Positions 39,703 through 52,824 of a stretch of 64,000 nucleotides of DNA are shown here, piece after piece (the first letter of the stretch is position 1; every line of letters begins with the position of its first letter). The DNA comes from Felis catus. Taxonomy: Eukaryota. A model generated the notes under the pieces. The model ran no database searches and was not told the origin of the DNA. It saw only the letters and a list, made by a program, of their open reading frames with translations. The position numbers and the translations under genes are program-made. Where the stretch lies: positions 75,952,001-76,016,000 of the forward strand of contig NC_058368.1 of the NCBI RefSeq assembly GCF_018350175.1, given 5' to 3'.

Positions 39703-39925
39703 TGGGGGAGCCTGGGTGGCTCAGTTGGTTAAGCATCTGACCTCAGCTCAGGTCATGATCTCACAGTTGGTGAGTTTGAGCCCCACGTCAGGCTCTGTGC
39801 TGACAGCTCTGAGCCTGAAGCCTGCTTCAGATTCTGTGTCTCCCTCTCTCTCTGCCTCTCCTACACTCACTCTCTGTCTCTTTCTCTCTCAAATAAATAA
39901 GGAAACATTAAAAAAAATTTTTTTA
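39703..39925 (+). mobile_element. Can-SINE inserted in L1
   Basis: Canonical structure; L1 sequence resumes at aatagagacaccatatgatcc. Confidence 0.93.
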
Positions 39926-40014
39926 ATAATAGAGACACCATATGATCCGGTAATTCTACTACTAGGCATTTACTCAAGGAAAACAAAAACGTTAATTTGA
40001 AAAAAAAAATATAT

Positions 40015-40047
<33 letters not shown>

Positions 40048-41764
40048 AAGATATATATGTGTGTGTGTGTGTGTTTGTGTGTGCATATATATGCCCCCCT
40101 ATGTTTACTGTAGCATTATTTACAGTAGCTAAGACATGGAAGCCACCCAGTGTTCAACAACAGATGAATAGGTAAGATGTGGTATATATACACAATGGAA
40201 TGTGACTCAGCCCTAAAAAAAGAATGAGAGCCTGCCATTTTCAACAACACGGATGGACTGAGACGATATTATGCTAAACAAAACAAAACAAAAACAAACA
40301 AGAGCCAAAAACCAGACTCTTAAATACAGAGAACAAACTGGTGGTTGCCAAATGGGAGGCAGGTGGATGGATAGGAAAATAGATATAGAGAACTAAATAT
40401 ATACATTATATTATTATCAAAATGTATTTGAATAGTAATGATAATTCATATACATAACATTTATTAGAATTGCATAGCACTTTTTCAAACTTTAATTTCC
40501 TTATATTACTTCTTTACATCTTTACTATAAGTTAGATCTTTCATGCTCCCTCCCGATATTATTTTTCCTTTACACTTCTTGTGACAAACATACTAGATAT
40601 AGTGACAACTGTCTAAATTTGCTTGTCCATTAGCTACTATGTTTTGACTGTAAAGGTTTTCTATGTCCAGTGGAATTCTAATTGATTCAAGATGAGCTTC
40701 TTCTCTTTCTTAACTCTTATTTCTTGCCTTTAAGAAACTGTAAGACAAATACAAAATAACTCACCTTGGCCTTAAAAAGGTAAACCCAAGCTAGTCAAAT
40801 TATATTATCCATCCAAGCAGCTCATGAATTTAGGAGTCATACATTCAGGTTAAAAATTGTGAAACAGAGAAATCAAGAGCAGGTTGGTCGAAAAAGTTCA
40901 AAAACACACTGGTGAAAGGAGTCAGAGGTAGTGTCAGGATATCTAAACAGAAAATCAAAATAGACAGATAACCATCATGTGGAAAGAGAAATGTACCAAG
41001 GAAATTTTTGGGTTCTACGACAGACTAGATTTAAGGCTTTTGTTCAGTCATTATCTTGCACCGCAATTTCCCCATTGACATATAAAGCAATGAATTAACG
41101 GTATATAAAATCTAAATTCCTTCCAAATATAATGTTTCATAATATATTGACATTTATGATATACCCAGTATCTTTGATTGTGGAAGTTAAAATTATATAA
41201 ACAATAAATATATAACACTATATTTTCTCTTACTTTTTAAATGAATTAATAAATACAAAATGATATCTAAAGCAAAAAAGCAAATGATAATTTCCTCCTC
41301 CTAAAAACTGATATATTCCAATGAAAAGTCCCTCTTTGTTAAAAGCTTAAATTTTTGAGATAGAAAATGTAATTAGACTCATATGCACGAAATGACATCC
41401 TGAAGAGTCACTTGACCTTTGCATCTAAGGATTTTTATGACTTCAAATATACCCCACAATATTTTTCTTTTCTTTGTTATGTACTCAGTTCATCAAGAAG
41501 ATAATAAAACACTTTGTGTTTTAAGACAAGCTAAGGGCAGAAAGGAACTCATATTTATCAGTTGTCTTACATGTATGTGCCTAGCATTGTATCAAAGCTA
41601 ACACGGGTTAGTTCAGCTAGGTATCAAAGAAAACAAGAGTAATGACTCTTTTAAATAATCACTGCAACTGTGACACAGACCTCACTGTAGGCAGAACAAG
41701 TTACAAGCTTATATTGTTAATTATGCTTCATAATTTTTAGCATGGGCAGGAACAGCTCTTTTCA

Positions 41765-41842
41765 GGGGTTATCTGTTGCTACATGACTAACTATCCTCAG
41801 AAACTTAGTGATTTAAAACAAATAACACTTGTATTATACCTC

Positions 41843-41887
<45 letters not shown>

Positions 41888-42356
41888 ATAACTAGGAAGG
41901 ATCTTGGCTTGGTGGTTCCAGCTCGAAGTCTTTCATGTGATGGAATTTCAATGGTGGCTGGAAGGGAGGGCAGAAGGGAGGGCAGAAGGGAGGGCAGAAG
42001 GGAGGAGGTGAGGGCTGATGGGGAACTCCTATATCATGATATAATCTCTGGGCCTGTCAACCTGGGCTGGTTTGTGTTTCTTCACAACAGGGTAGCCTCA
42101 AGGTAGTTAGCATGCTCACATGGGGAGTAAAGGCCTACACGAGCAAATGTTCCAGTGACTATAGCAGACACTCCATCACTTTTCATGACCAAAACTCAGA
42201 GTCAACTCTTTTCACAAATGAGCCAAAGACTTGTCCATACTGAAGATGATGGCAATCAGGCTCTACCTCTTGATGGGACAATGTCAAAGTTCCAAGTGAG
42301 TATGTGGTACAGAAGACATTATGGCAACCACCTCTGGCTACAGCAACCCACCACAA
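41765..42356 (-). mobile_element. MaLR MLT1(F/G/H)-like LTR with internal (TG)19 and 12-bp tandem repeat
   Basis: gttatctgttgct...aaacttagtgatttaaaacaa start and ctctacctcttgatggga...cccaccaca end. Confidence 0.75.
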
Positions 42357-42689
42357 TCTTGATTTCTGTTTGCATCTTCATCCTTCCCAATTCTCCCCAC
42401 AGACTCATTCCTAGAAATAGAACTTGCATGGTTTTGGCAATTATTAAATATAAGTTGAAACACAAAAACCTTTTAATAAAGAAGTATACACTCCCAACGC
42501 AGCCCTCTATCCCATTCACTGTAACCTTGCACTGATGAGTATTTCTTTGTACTGTGATTTTTCTTTCTCTCCTCTCCTCCCTTCCCTGCGCTTCTATCGT
42601 TCCTGCTCTCTCCCTACCTCTCTCTCTCTCCTACATGCATGAACACATAGAGCTCCTTGAGGAGGGACTATGCTTTATTTGTCTGGTAC

Positions 42690-42913
42690 CCCGGAAAATC
42701 TCCGTCTTATTCAAATTAAAGTCAACTGATTAGGGAGTTCAATTACTTCTACGGAATTCCTTCACGTTTGCATATAACAACAACAAATTCCATCACCTTT
42801 GCCACATTCTACTTCCTCTTCTGCCAAATTACAAATCCCATCCACACTTAAGAGGAAGATATGAATTACAAGGTCTGGGTCATTGGGGTCATCTTTGAAT
42901 TCTCCCTACTACA
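42690..42913 (-). mobile_element. MaLR MLT1D/E-like LTR fragment
   Basis: ttaaagtcaactgattag...ggggtcatctttgaattctccctactaca. Confidence 0.7.
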
Positions 42914-45649
42914 AATCACAACATTTGGAACTGAATAAAATGTCTCCCAAACTGCAAAATAACTTTAGGATAACTATAGGTGACTGACAGCATGTTTCAC
43001 ATGAATTCTAGCATTACCTCTCATGTCACCACAGTTTACCAACCAGATACCTGTCTATAAGAATTGGTGGTACCCAATGGATGGTTTTCTAATATATATT
43101 ACTAAAAAGCTAATATATGAAGTCTCATTGTTTCTGAACACGTTAGCCAATAACTTTAAGAATAAAACTAAAATGTGTGGAATTGTTTCTCTTTTTCAGG
43201 AAATGCCAGAAAACAAGAAGGACACAGAATAATACTGAAGGAAATAAAGATCTCTGTGAAAGGAGAAGGCAATGAATAAAAATTAGCTTGAATGTCACTC
43301 ATTATGTCAGAACAAGCATCTTCTAAGAAGAAAATTCTGATTGATTTCCACATAATCACTCTGATTGTATACAATCAGCCTCAGCCACACATGTGCTATC
43401 TCTTCCACTCTGTCTGTTGGCTGTGCCTACAAACAACCAAGAAAACACAAATCAGGGAGAGGAAGTGACTAAAGGGTGGATTTAAATGTTTCTATTTTTA
43501 CCAGACCTTAGGCTCCACTGTTGACTATTTCACGGATACCTGAAAGAGCCTGGAGCCGGCCATACGTGCTACCTGGAAACCTCTTCTGCCATTCACTGAA
43601 AGCAGTCTGTCTGTACTTCAGGATCAGAGAATAAGTAGGTCCAGTTTATTCTCGACTCTTTTGTTAGAAAGATGGCGATAAAAATTTGTATTTTCTGCAG
43701 TTTAAACAGAGGCTGTTTTGAGACGAACAATTCTCGCCATAAAATTTGCTGTCAACGTCCACAAAATTTCTATTGTTCAATTAAGCAAACGTAGTACAAA
43801 AAAGAGCAAAGTTGAGGACATAAAAATAAGAATTCACAAATTCACTGACCAGTTAAGCTGGGCTAGATAGGAAGGAAAAAAACGTGTGCGTGTGTTTGTA
43901 TATAATTCATATATATTTTCCTATTTCATCCACTCATTATTCATCTGATATTACCATTACTGAGCACCTTTATATGTTAAACATGGTATGCATTAAACAT
44001 TTAATATCATTTTTAAAGGCTGATATATATACTTTCATCAGAATTTTAAAATAGAACTTCTCTTTGCTATAAAATGACAAATTTATACCCCGTAAAGGCT
44101 ATATAACTGATTTTAAGAAATTTGAGCAAATGTGAAAGAATTGCGTGAGACTGTGGTTGGTTTCGTTAACATCTTTGTTCACAGCAGTGCAGATGTCTCA
44201 GGAATTTTTATCGGAATGCTAGAAGTCATAAACAGCATATTATACTAAAAGACAGGTGCTTTGACCGTTGTGAATAAGTATTTGATAAATATTCTGAAGT
44301 TCATAGACTTTTATAATTTGAAAAAAATCTCAGTGCTTATTGAGCTCAAGTTTTATTTTATCCTGTGGAAATTTTAGATATGGGAAAATACCCTATAGAA
44401 ATAAAATATCTTGTTTCGACCGGTTACTATAAAGCAATTATCTCCCCATTAGAATAATCATTCAAGTAGTTTATTTGTGGGAAAAAAATCTGCTTTTACA
44501 CACTTTACACAGTGGTGTTTTCTGATTCAGAAACTAAGGTAATTCATCTTAGACCTAATATGTTTATCTCACAGTACACGGTTTTTGTATGATATCTGAA
44601 AGATATTCTTCCCAGTGGGTAATTGTTAAATTCCAGCCTGAAACCAAATTACTACATTTAAAAGTCCTTCCCTACCACTGTCAAGAGTAGAATAAAGATT
44701 TAATGTTCCCAGGTATTCATTCCCTTAAAAAAAAAAACTGGGGTTTTCACATTAAAAAAATAAATAAATGAAAATAAAAAGAAAGAGAGAAAAAAAGAAA
44801 TTCTCTTTTGAAGCAAATTCATACACATTTATTGAGTATGCAAACACAATGACCTTGTGCTTGCAATTTATACTAAAGTAACAGGCTTTTATTTTTTATT
44901 CACTAACTATGTTACTATTAATACTATCAATAACAGATCACTGCTCATAGAAAATATAATAAAATTTGTACAATTCATTTGCTTGTTCCTTTATTTCTTC
45001 ATTCATTCATCTCATTTATTGGGTAAGGGGGAAAATGCTCAAATCAGTGATTCTCAGCAGGAAAGTTGGCTGCTGGAAGGTAAGTGTTGGTAGAATAACA
45101 GAGGAGCTTATGAAATGATCTGGAGAGTCTTATGAAAACACTCATGCCAACACCCTCCCCCCCCCGCCCTCCCCCCATTACATCAGAATGTAGAGGAAGT
45201 TACTTCTAAGCCACATTTTAAGTAATGAGCATACTACAACCAGGTAGGGCTCTGTGTGTTTTTTAAAGAGCAGAGACTACTCCAAACCTAAGGTAGAGCA
45301 GGAGTTAATGGAAATGTCAGTTTCCTGACATGGAGAATGCAGCACAGGAGTAAGCACAATTAAAGGAAAAGTGGAAGTTCAGTTTGGGGATGTTGAATTT
45401 AAAATGCCAGTGGGATGGCATATAGGCTGAGATGTCACTAGAAGCAGTTTTACATAGGATCCTGTTGGAAAGGAGGAGCAGGCTCACTGAACACAGACAT
45501 TTGGTAGTTTTCCTTCCGCAAATAGTGCTTTAGAACATCTGAGCAAATGACATCCCCGCAGCAGAGAAAAGAACGGAGGACTCTGGTGAAATTTTAGGAA
45601 AATCTAACATTTGCAAGATACGTACAGAATGAATAACTAAAAACATTTT

Positions 45650-45903
45650 GTTTTCTATTTTAGGCAGAGAGTGAGTGGGGGAGAGGTGCAGAGGGAGGGA
45701 AGGAGGGAGGCAGGGAGGGAGAGAGGGAGAGAAGGGGAGAGAGGGAGAGAGAGAGAGGGAGAGAGAGAGGGAGACAGAGAGAGAGAGAGAATCCTCACTC
45801 AGCATGGAGCCTGATGTGAGGCTTGATCCCATTACCCTGGGATCATGACCCGAGCAGAAATCAAGAGTCACATGCTCAACCGACTGAGCCACCCAGGCAT
45901 GCC
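45650..45903 (-). mobile_element. Can-SINE with expanded GA/GGGA tract, inside an L2 fragment (about 45260-46000)
   Basis: Antisense head cgactgagccacccaggcatgcc; degenerate TSD aaaaca..tttt; L2 motif gttcagtttggggatgttgaattt upstream. Confidence 0.88.
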
Positions 45904-46669
45904 AAAACAATTTTTTTAAGGTTGGAAAAAGAAAGGAAGGAAATAGAAGGAAAATGGGGAGTTTAAGAGAGCAAAAAGGAGTAGAAAATTCTAGAAGGGT
46001 GGTCAGAACCACAAGCGTATGCCAATAAAATAAGCAGCCAAAATTGTGCATGGATATAATGATGAGAAAGCACACTGATAATATATTCTTGTGCATTTTC
46101 AATGAAATTATTGGGATATGAATGGTATCTGTTGCAGAAAGAAACTACAGGACAGCATATGAAGGGAGATGACGTTTCCAGGAAGTACAGTGGGAATTTA
46201 TTTGTATCAGGATCAAGCCAGATGCCGGAGGTGAGGGCAAATTGCCACCATGTTTCAGCTGTCATGTGGGTTCCATCCTTTGGGTGCTGTTACTAGATGC
46301 AATGATCTACATTGTGCACTCACCTTCCTACCGGCCTGAAGATGCTGTCAACGCTGATGAGGAAGAATTAAAGGGCCGCCTCTTGCAGACGTTATTGAAC
46401 TGGCCAATCAACCGACTCAAGTTCGCCTTACCGAGGACTACCAGGCACGTGAAAATCGGTTCCTGGTTTTTAAAGTAGGTCGGTTCTCAATTTTTGCTAC
46501 TTAGAGCAAAGCACAGGCTGTCTTAAGTAAGAAGGAATGCTCATTTTTACTGAATCTCGATAGTAATAAACTTCAGGGGTACTATAAACATTAATATTTC
46601 ATCAATAACTCTACCACAAAGTTAAACTAATAGCAAGGATATTACAAAGGAAATAGAGCTAGTGCTTTC

Positions 46670-46800
46670 CAGTTGTGAACTAAGAAGCAGTCTGAGGGAA
46701 GGTGGGGGGGCTGGAGGAAATAGACATGAGGATTAAAGGGTACAATGGTCATGATGAAAAAAATAAGTAAAATCATAAACGGCATTTAAAAAAATAAAAA
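46670..46800 (+). mobile_element. Very short carnivore L1 3' terminus
   Basis: gaaatagacatgaggattaaagggtacaatggtcatgatgaaaaaaataagtaaaat plus A-rich tail resembles recalled L1_Carn ends. Confidence 0.55.
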
Positions 46801-46829
46801 GTAGTCACTTGGCATTGCTTGAGGAGGCA

Positions 46830-47073
46830 TTTTCTTTTTTTTTCTTTTTTTTCTTTTCTTTCTTTCTTTCTTTCTTTTTTAATGTTTATTTTTCAGAAAG
46901 AGACAGTGTGAGCAGGGGAGGGGCAGAGAGAGAGAAGGGGACAGAGAATCCCAAGCAGGCTGGGCACTGTCATCACAGAGCTCGACACGGGGCTCCATCC
47001 CATGAACCTGAGATCATGACCTGACCCGAAATCAAGAGTTGGACGTTTGACTGAATGAGCCACCCAGGCGCCC
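46830..47073 (-). mobile_element. Can-SINE
   Basis: Canonical antisense structure with (TTTC)n tail. Confidence 0.93.
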
Positions 47074-47586
47074 TTATATAAACATTTTTTAAACACTTTG
47101 GTGATGTGCTTCAAGATCCATGATAATAATGGCAATAAAAAAGATAATAACTATAATCAACTATTTTGACATTATTGATATGTTGACATTTCAATTGATA
47201 CATTATTCCAATCAGTCTTCAAAACAGACACTATGATTCTTTTAAAACATATGGCGGTATGTCGGTGTAGAATAGTAAAATAATATACCCATGAACGCAT
47301 AGTTAAAAGTAGAGAAGTACTATATTAAATCCCTTTAAAATTTTTAAATGTTTTTTTACTGAAAACTTTTACAATTGGTAATCTACCCTATAAAATAACT
47401 CTAAGTGTCCCCCAATTTTTTATTGCAACATAATTGTGTCAGATAAATGTTTGAAATTAAAGCTAAATGTAAATACGGGAGGAACAGCCTTTCTACTTTT
47501 GAGCTGAATAGGATACAAAATCACATATACAGAATTACCAGCTCAGTTTTGCTCTATCATCTCTGTAAATACATATGTTCTATATA

Positions 47587-48069
47587 CAGTTCTTTATCGA
47601 CTTACGATGGGGTCACACCCTAATAAACCCACTGTAAATTGAAAATACTGTAGATTGAAAATGCATTTAATACATCTGACTAACCGAACTTCATAGGTGA
47701 GCGTAGCCTGCTTTCAACGTGCTCAGAACTCGTACATTAGCTTGCAGTTGGGCAACGTCATCTCACACAAAGCCTATTTGATAATACAATGTGGAATATC
47801 TCATGTCATGTATCAATACCGCACTGAAAGTGAAAGACACAGTGGCTGTAAGGGGTGCAGAAGGGTGTTTACCCTCCTGACTGCGTGGCTGACTGGGGGC
47901 TGTGCTCCCGCTGCCCAGCATCACTGGAGAAGATTGGATCGCATATCAGGAGCCCAGGGAAAGATCAAATCCAAAATCTGAAGGAGACTTTCTACCCAAT
48001 GCATATCTCTTGCACCAGCACAAAACTGAACAACTCAAAGTGGAATCATCGTAAGTCAGGGACTGTCTG
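47587..48069. mobile_element. Tigger5b/MER47-family TcMar MITE, full length
   Basis: TIRs cagttctttatcgacttacgatg ... catcgtaagtcagggactgtctg, TA on both sides; interior matches recalled MER47/Tigger5b. Confidence 0.9.
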
Positions 48070-48151
48070 TATGGACATTCTATCCTTCTCCTACCCATTC
48101 ATTCACCCATCTGCCTAACTATGTTCAGGATTTATAGAAAGTAGAAGCACA

Positions 48152-48340
48152 GGGGCGTCAAGGTGGCTCAGTCAGTTAAGCATTTGACGTCCAGCAGGTT
48201 GTCAGTTCGCGCCCCGCATCAGGCTCTGCACTGACAGCATGGAGCCCGGAGCCTGCTTTGGATCCTCTGTCTCCCTCTCTCACTGCCCCTCTGTCCCTAT
48301 CTCTTTCTCTCTCTCAAAAATAAACATTAAAAAAAAAGAG
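48152..48340 (+). mobile_element. Can-SINE with small internal deletion
   Basis: Lacks the ctcaggtcatgatc segment; TSD agaaa(g/a)tagaagca. Confidence 0.88.
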
Positions 48341-49921
48341 AGAGAAAATAGAAGCAACATACTAAAATATCAGATGCCATTGTTTGATGGTAGCAGATGT
48401 GTGATTTGTTTTTCTTCTTTCCTCATATATATCTGTATTTACAAAAACTGTATGGATTATTTTACGACAGTAAAAAAAAATACACAAATTTTGCCAATGA
48501 TAAGTGAGCTCTGGTCCCCACTAAAAACAACCATAAAACTTCTTTACTTCAAACTTAAAGAATATGGAGGGGGAAAAAAAAAACACAGGTTGTCACTGTT
48601 CAAAAAAACAATACGTCAAACATTGGAATACTTGACAAAAATATCAAAAATAAATACCAATGAATAACATCAACAAATTCCAGCCAAACCTGACCTCACA
48701 TAACTCCAAGGAAGACCTACACTCAAAAAGACTAAGAATTAACACATTTTTCCCTTAAAATGTCAATTCTCAGCTCATTCACACTTTTATTCCAGCCCAC
48801 ACAGGACATAAAATGCACTCCATGTAGTTCCAAGAGAATTTCCTTAATATTCTGAAAGGTTCTAAAAGGGACTACTGGGTGACAGAGTATCAAAAGCTCC
48901 CCTTTCTGGTCACATCCTCACTAGGGTGGAAACCTTAATATTTTTGTACAAATACAAAAAGTAATTCCTTACCCCACCTCACAGGCCATCTCTGGGGTCT
49001 CTTAGGGCTTGGGTCGAGTCAGAGTGAGGAAGTCATACAGGCGAGAACAGAGCTGAGGCAGAAATAGGGCTTTAATGAAGGCCAATACTCTACCTCCTTC
49101 TGAAACCTGAAGACTAGGGCTTTTGCCTTATTTTCCCACATACTGAGCCTAGACTTTCGTGAGTAAATGTCCCCCCTCACCCCCACAGCATCTGCCTGTG
49201 GCTAATCATTTCTTAGTTCACATCAACACCAGCTTTCCTAAACCTGGAATCAACCTTCCACATAGCTGGGCATCATTTATGAAAGTCATGGTTAATGCTG
49301 ATCTCTTTTTTTCTCTCTCTCTCTCTTTTTTTTTTTTTTAAATCTTATAGCACCCATTAAATCAACAATAGGGAAAGATACTTTTAGCTAATTTCCAGAG
49401 ATGAAGAATCTAAAGATCAGAGAAATTAAGTGCCTTTTCCAATTCTGTACAATTCTGTACAAAATATTTAAATCTTTTCACCTATTAATAACCCATTTAA
49501 CACATGATAATGTATGTAAATTACATAGTGAACAATAAATTAACACATAGCTGTGTAACCAAGATGTCACGTAGGACCTCCCTCCTCTGAAGACTTAAAT
49601 AAACTTCATTCAAACCCTCAGTTTTATGTCCAGAGCCTCCCTGTGATTTCTCATGATGAGAACCTCCTTTCTTACAATTTCTTCTTCACTGGGTTCTTGC
49701 TCAATATGTGCGTATCTTGCAATAGGCTGCCTTCACTCAAACTCAGGACTAGTTTGGGTGACCCCCTAAAAAGGCACTCATCCAAATGCAATGGAGAGTC
49801 CTGCAAACTTTACCGAAGTTTTCTCAGAAGTAAAGGTGTTTTCTATCCCATAGTTTGCAACATAGAACTGCTCTGAAACAGTAAAATTCTCCTCAAAGAA
49901 GCTTCCCAGTTGGCCCATTGA

Positions 49922-50132
49922 GAGTAGCGTGCTGGTGCATGTCTAGCAATGGGTCTCCGGTGGGGGGAAAGCCCTTATTTGTAGCGTCTGCCATTTTCTG
50001 TGGTGTAAATATCCCACAGTGGCCATTTTCTAGCTATCGTTGTGACGTTCCTGAACTCAGATTTAGAACTGAGAAACCATGTGGACAACTGGCTCTTATA
50101 AGCCACTGTGGGTGGGCTGCAGCATGGCACGG
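49922..50132. mobile_element. MER63A hAT-Blackjack MITE
   Basis: aaagcccttatttgtagcgtctgccattttctgtggtgtaaatatcccac matches recalled MER63A; degenerate 8-bp TSD cccattga/ctcattag. Confidence 0.85.
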
Positions 50133-50279
50133 CTCATTAGCAAAGGTTTTTCTCACTGGGCTTTTCCAATGCAGGGCCCCATCCTCTCTTCTAACTACCA
50201 GTCACATCCCTTGGGACTTTTAAAGTCTGTGTTTTCTCTGAATGCCGACTCCTTCAGCTTTTTCACACTTTATGAAAGT

Positions 50280-50860
50280 TTTAAACCATGTCCATAAATT
50301 CTTTGATCCACATCCTAGGTAAAGATGAAGTCTATACTCTCTCCCCTTAGAAGCGGACCGAGGTCAGCGACGCTCTAGTAACCGAAAGAACGCAGCAAAA
50401 GTGACTCTTTGTAACTTTCAAAACTCGTTAAAAATAGGTTCTAAGTTTCTGCCTTGAGTTCCTCTGGCCACTCCTCCTAGGACATGCTTACTACCCAAAG
50501 AAGTTCGACTACCCAGAGACTGTCATGTTACAAAGCCACTCCCCAACAGAGCCCCCTGCCAACAGCCAGCATTAACCTCCAGCCTACCGAGCAAGCCATT
50601 CTGGACGTCCAGTCCAGTGAGACGTCACATGATTGCAACCAACGGTACCCACAGGAGAGACTCCAGATCTACCCAGGCCCTTCCCAACTTTCCTGCACCA
50701 CAAAGTGGCGAGTAAGATAAAATCTCCTTTTAAGCTTCTAGGTTTTGGCTTTCTTTCTAATTTATCCAAACTCATAATGACTGAAGTCCCTGAGAGCAAG
50801 CTTTTCTTTTCCTACAGAATTGCGAAGTATTTTATTATCGGTGATAATTTAGTATGATAC
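50280..50860 (+). mobile_element. MaLR MLT1F/G-like LTR
   Basis: ccataaattctttga, gactacccagagactgtcatgtt, cagccagcattaacctccag and gccattctggacgtccag motifs. Confidence 0.75.
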
Positions 50861-50932
50861 AGAGATGGGTAATATCGCGTTCCTTCCTGAGCAGACACAG
50901 AATACAGAACAAATTTAAAGTATGGTGGAGAG

Positions 50933-51150
50933 AGGCCCCTGGGCGGCTCAGTTGGTTGGGCGCCCCATTCTGGATTCTGGCTCAGGTCATCATCTCACAG
51001 TTCATGAGTTTGACCCCCCTCATCGGGTTTTGTGCTGACGGCCTGGAGCCTACTGGGAATTCTCTCTCCCTCTCTCTCTCTGCCCCTTCCCTGCTTGTGG
51101 ACTTTTCTCTCTCACAATAAACAGATAAACTTTTAAAAAAATTAAAAATG
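50933..51150 (+). mobile_element. Can-SINE (diverged)
   Basis: Head, body, CT tract and tail recognisable. Confidence 0.9.
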
Positions 51151-52619
51151 AAATAGAATATGACAGAGAAAAAGTTGGCTTCATAGAATAACAGGTTCTA
51201 ATTCAAAAATTGTCACAGTTTCACAGTGCAGCCTTAAATGATACAGCATCTGAAGATTCTATGTTCATTCTTTATCACCCCAGATTTGGGGTCAGTTAAA
51301 TCGCCCGCCTTATCTAAGCATTGCCCAGGATGTTTAGGATGAAGCGCTATAAGAAACTCAATGCTATTGCTGAGGCACAGGTGTGGTAGCCAATGAATGG
51401 GGATGACGATAAAAAGTATTTTTTGAGGCTGGAGAACCCGTTACCATACAGGTAATGCAAACAGTTACAAAATTGACCAGTGAACTCCTCCTGTTCATAG
51501 GTTTTCTGGTAAAGCTTCTTGAGTTTCGTTTTCCTGTGTTCTATCGGAAGTCTTTTAAAAGGTTGTGTTTGGCATTTTTTTCCCATTTTAATTCAAAGGG
51601 GGATTTCCTTTCGCCCTGTCTGTAGTATCAATGTTAGCCTGTAAAATCCCCAGAGGAATGGAGACAGAAGTTTCTGGCGTCGTTTATGGAGAACTAAGTG
51701 ATACACAGAATGCCATCCACAACAAGCAAGGCTCTCAGCTTAACTGCCCACGAGCCTTTATCAAAAAATGGCATAAATTTAAACTGGAATCAGGCCAGGT
51801 CCTACTGGTACCACTTTAACGGAAGACTATAACCCAGTGTGTGAAGCGGGGCGGCCACATATTTCTCTGGTCACACAGCCTGTAGAAAGCTCAGGATAAG
51901 TAGCAGAAGCTCTATTTCCATAAAATGACAATGCCAAATTAATCCTAATTATCCTGATCATTGAGCATTTAAATGAGAATGAAGACATTAAAGGTAACTA
52001 ATTACCAGGAAGGCCATTTCTGGGGATGAATTATAAAAGATTTGCAACAAAGACACCGCAAAACAATGGGTTTCCACTGCCCAAATCCTGTCAGTTTGTT
52101 TATTTGTACTGATCGCATTGAATTTACACACCAGAAAATTGGGAATTATTTGGTTGTTAAAAGAATGTGGAAAAGGCTCTGTGGAGAAGTGCATCCTCAT
52201 TCGTGTTTCTGAGAAACAAGAAGTCACAGCTAATTATTTCTAAAGTAGTAACTTTATCAATTTCAGATGCAAATATAAATTAGGAACAAAGGCTGTGAAT
52301 AAATGTGAAGTTATGAAGAAAATGCATTTCTGAGTAATTGTTGGCTTCATAAATTTGCTTCCACTGAACAATAAAGTGGCGACAGTTCCGGAATCATGAT
52401 TTAAAGAGATGGAAGGCAAAAATGGAGGAGACACTATAGGAAATACGTTTTTATTTATGCATGAAAAAACCCAAAGTTGGATAACATCGTCTTCCCTTTT
52501 TAGTCTAGAAGGATAATTTCCTTATTTGCATTTCCCCAAGTTGTTCCTCAGAAGTAATTCGGTAATAATATTCTCGCCTTCTAGAAAGGAAGATAAAGAT
52601 GCACTAGGCAAAGTTGTTT

Positions 52620-52824
52620 TTATTTTTTATTAACTTTTTATTTTTTTATATTTGTTTATTTTTGAGAAGGCGAGAGAGACAGAGAGGAGACACAGAATCG
52701 GAAGCAGGCTCCAGGCTCTGAGCTGTCAGCACAGAGCCCGACATGGGGCTTGAACCCACGAACTGTGAGATCATGACCTGAGCTGAAGTCAGACACTTAA
52801 CCCAAGGAGCCACCCAAGTGCCCC
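52620..52824 (-). mobile_element. Can-SINE
   Basis: TSD ggcaaagttgtttt. Confidence 0.94.

Larger units (their letters stand above)
38763..40410 (+). mobile_element. 5'-truncated carnivore L1: decayed ORF2 C-terminus plus 3'UTR
   Basis: Translation IKDLKVRPQTMKLLKENTGSNL...PQARE resembles L1 ORF2 (IKDLNVRPETIKLLEEN); EDIQMVANRQVKRCSTS and PYDPVILLLGIY motifs are present; frameshifted and interrupted by two SINEs and two microsatellites. Confidence 0.93.

Noticed and set aside
44177..44256. Acceptor-like site followed by peptide GMLEVINSIL, vaguely protein-like
   Set aside because: In-frame stop follows immediately and the donor is weak; the similarity is too short to be meaningful.
45530..46102. 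190-aa hydrophobic ORF on the - strand
   Set aside because: Runs through an L2 fragment and a SINE with an expanded CT tract.
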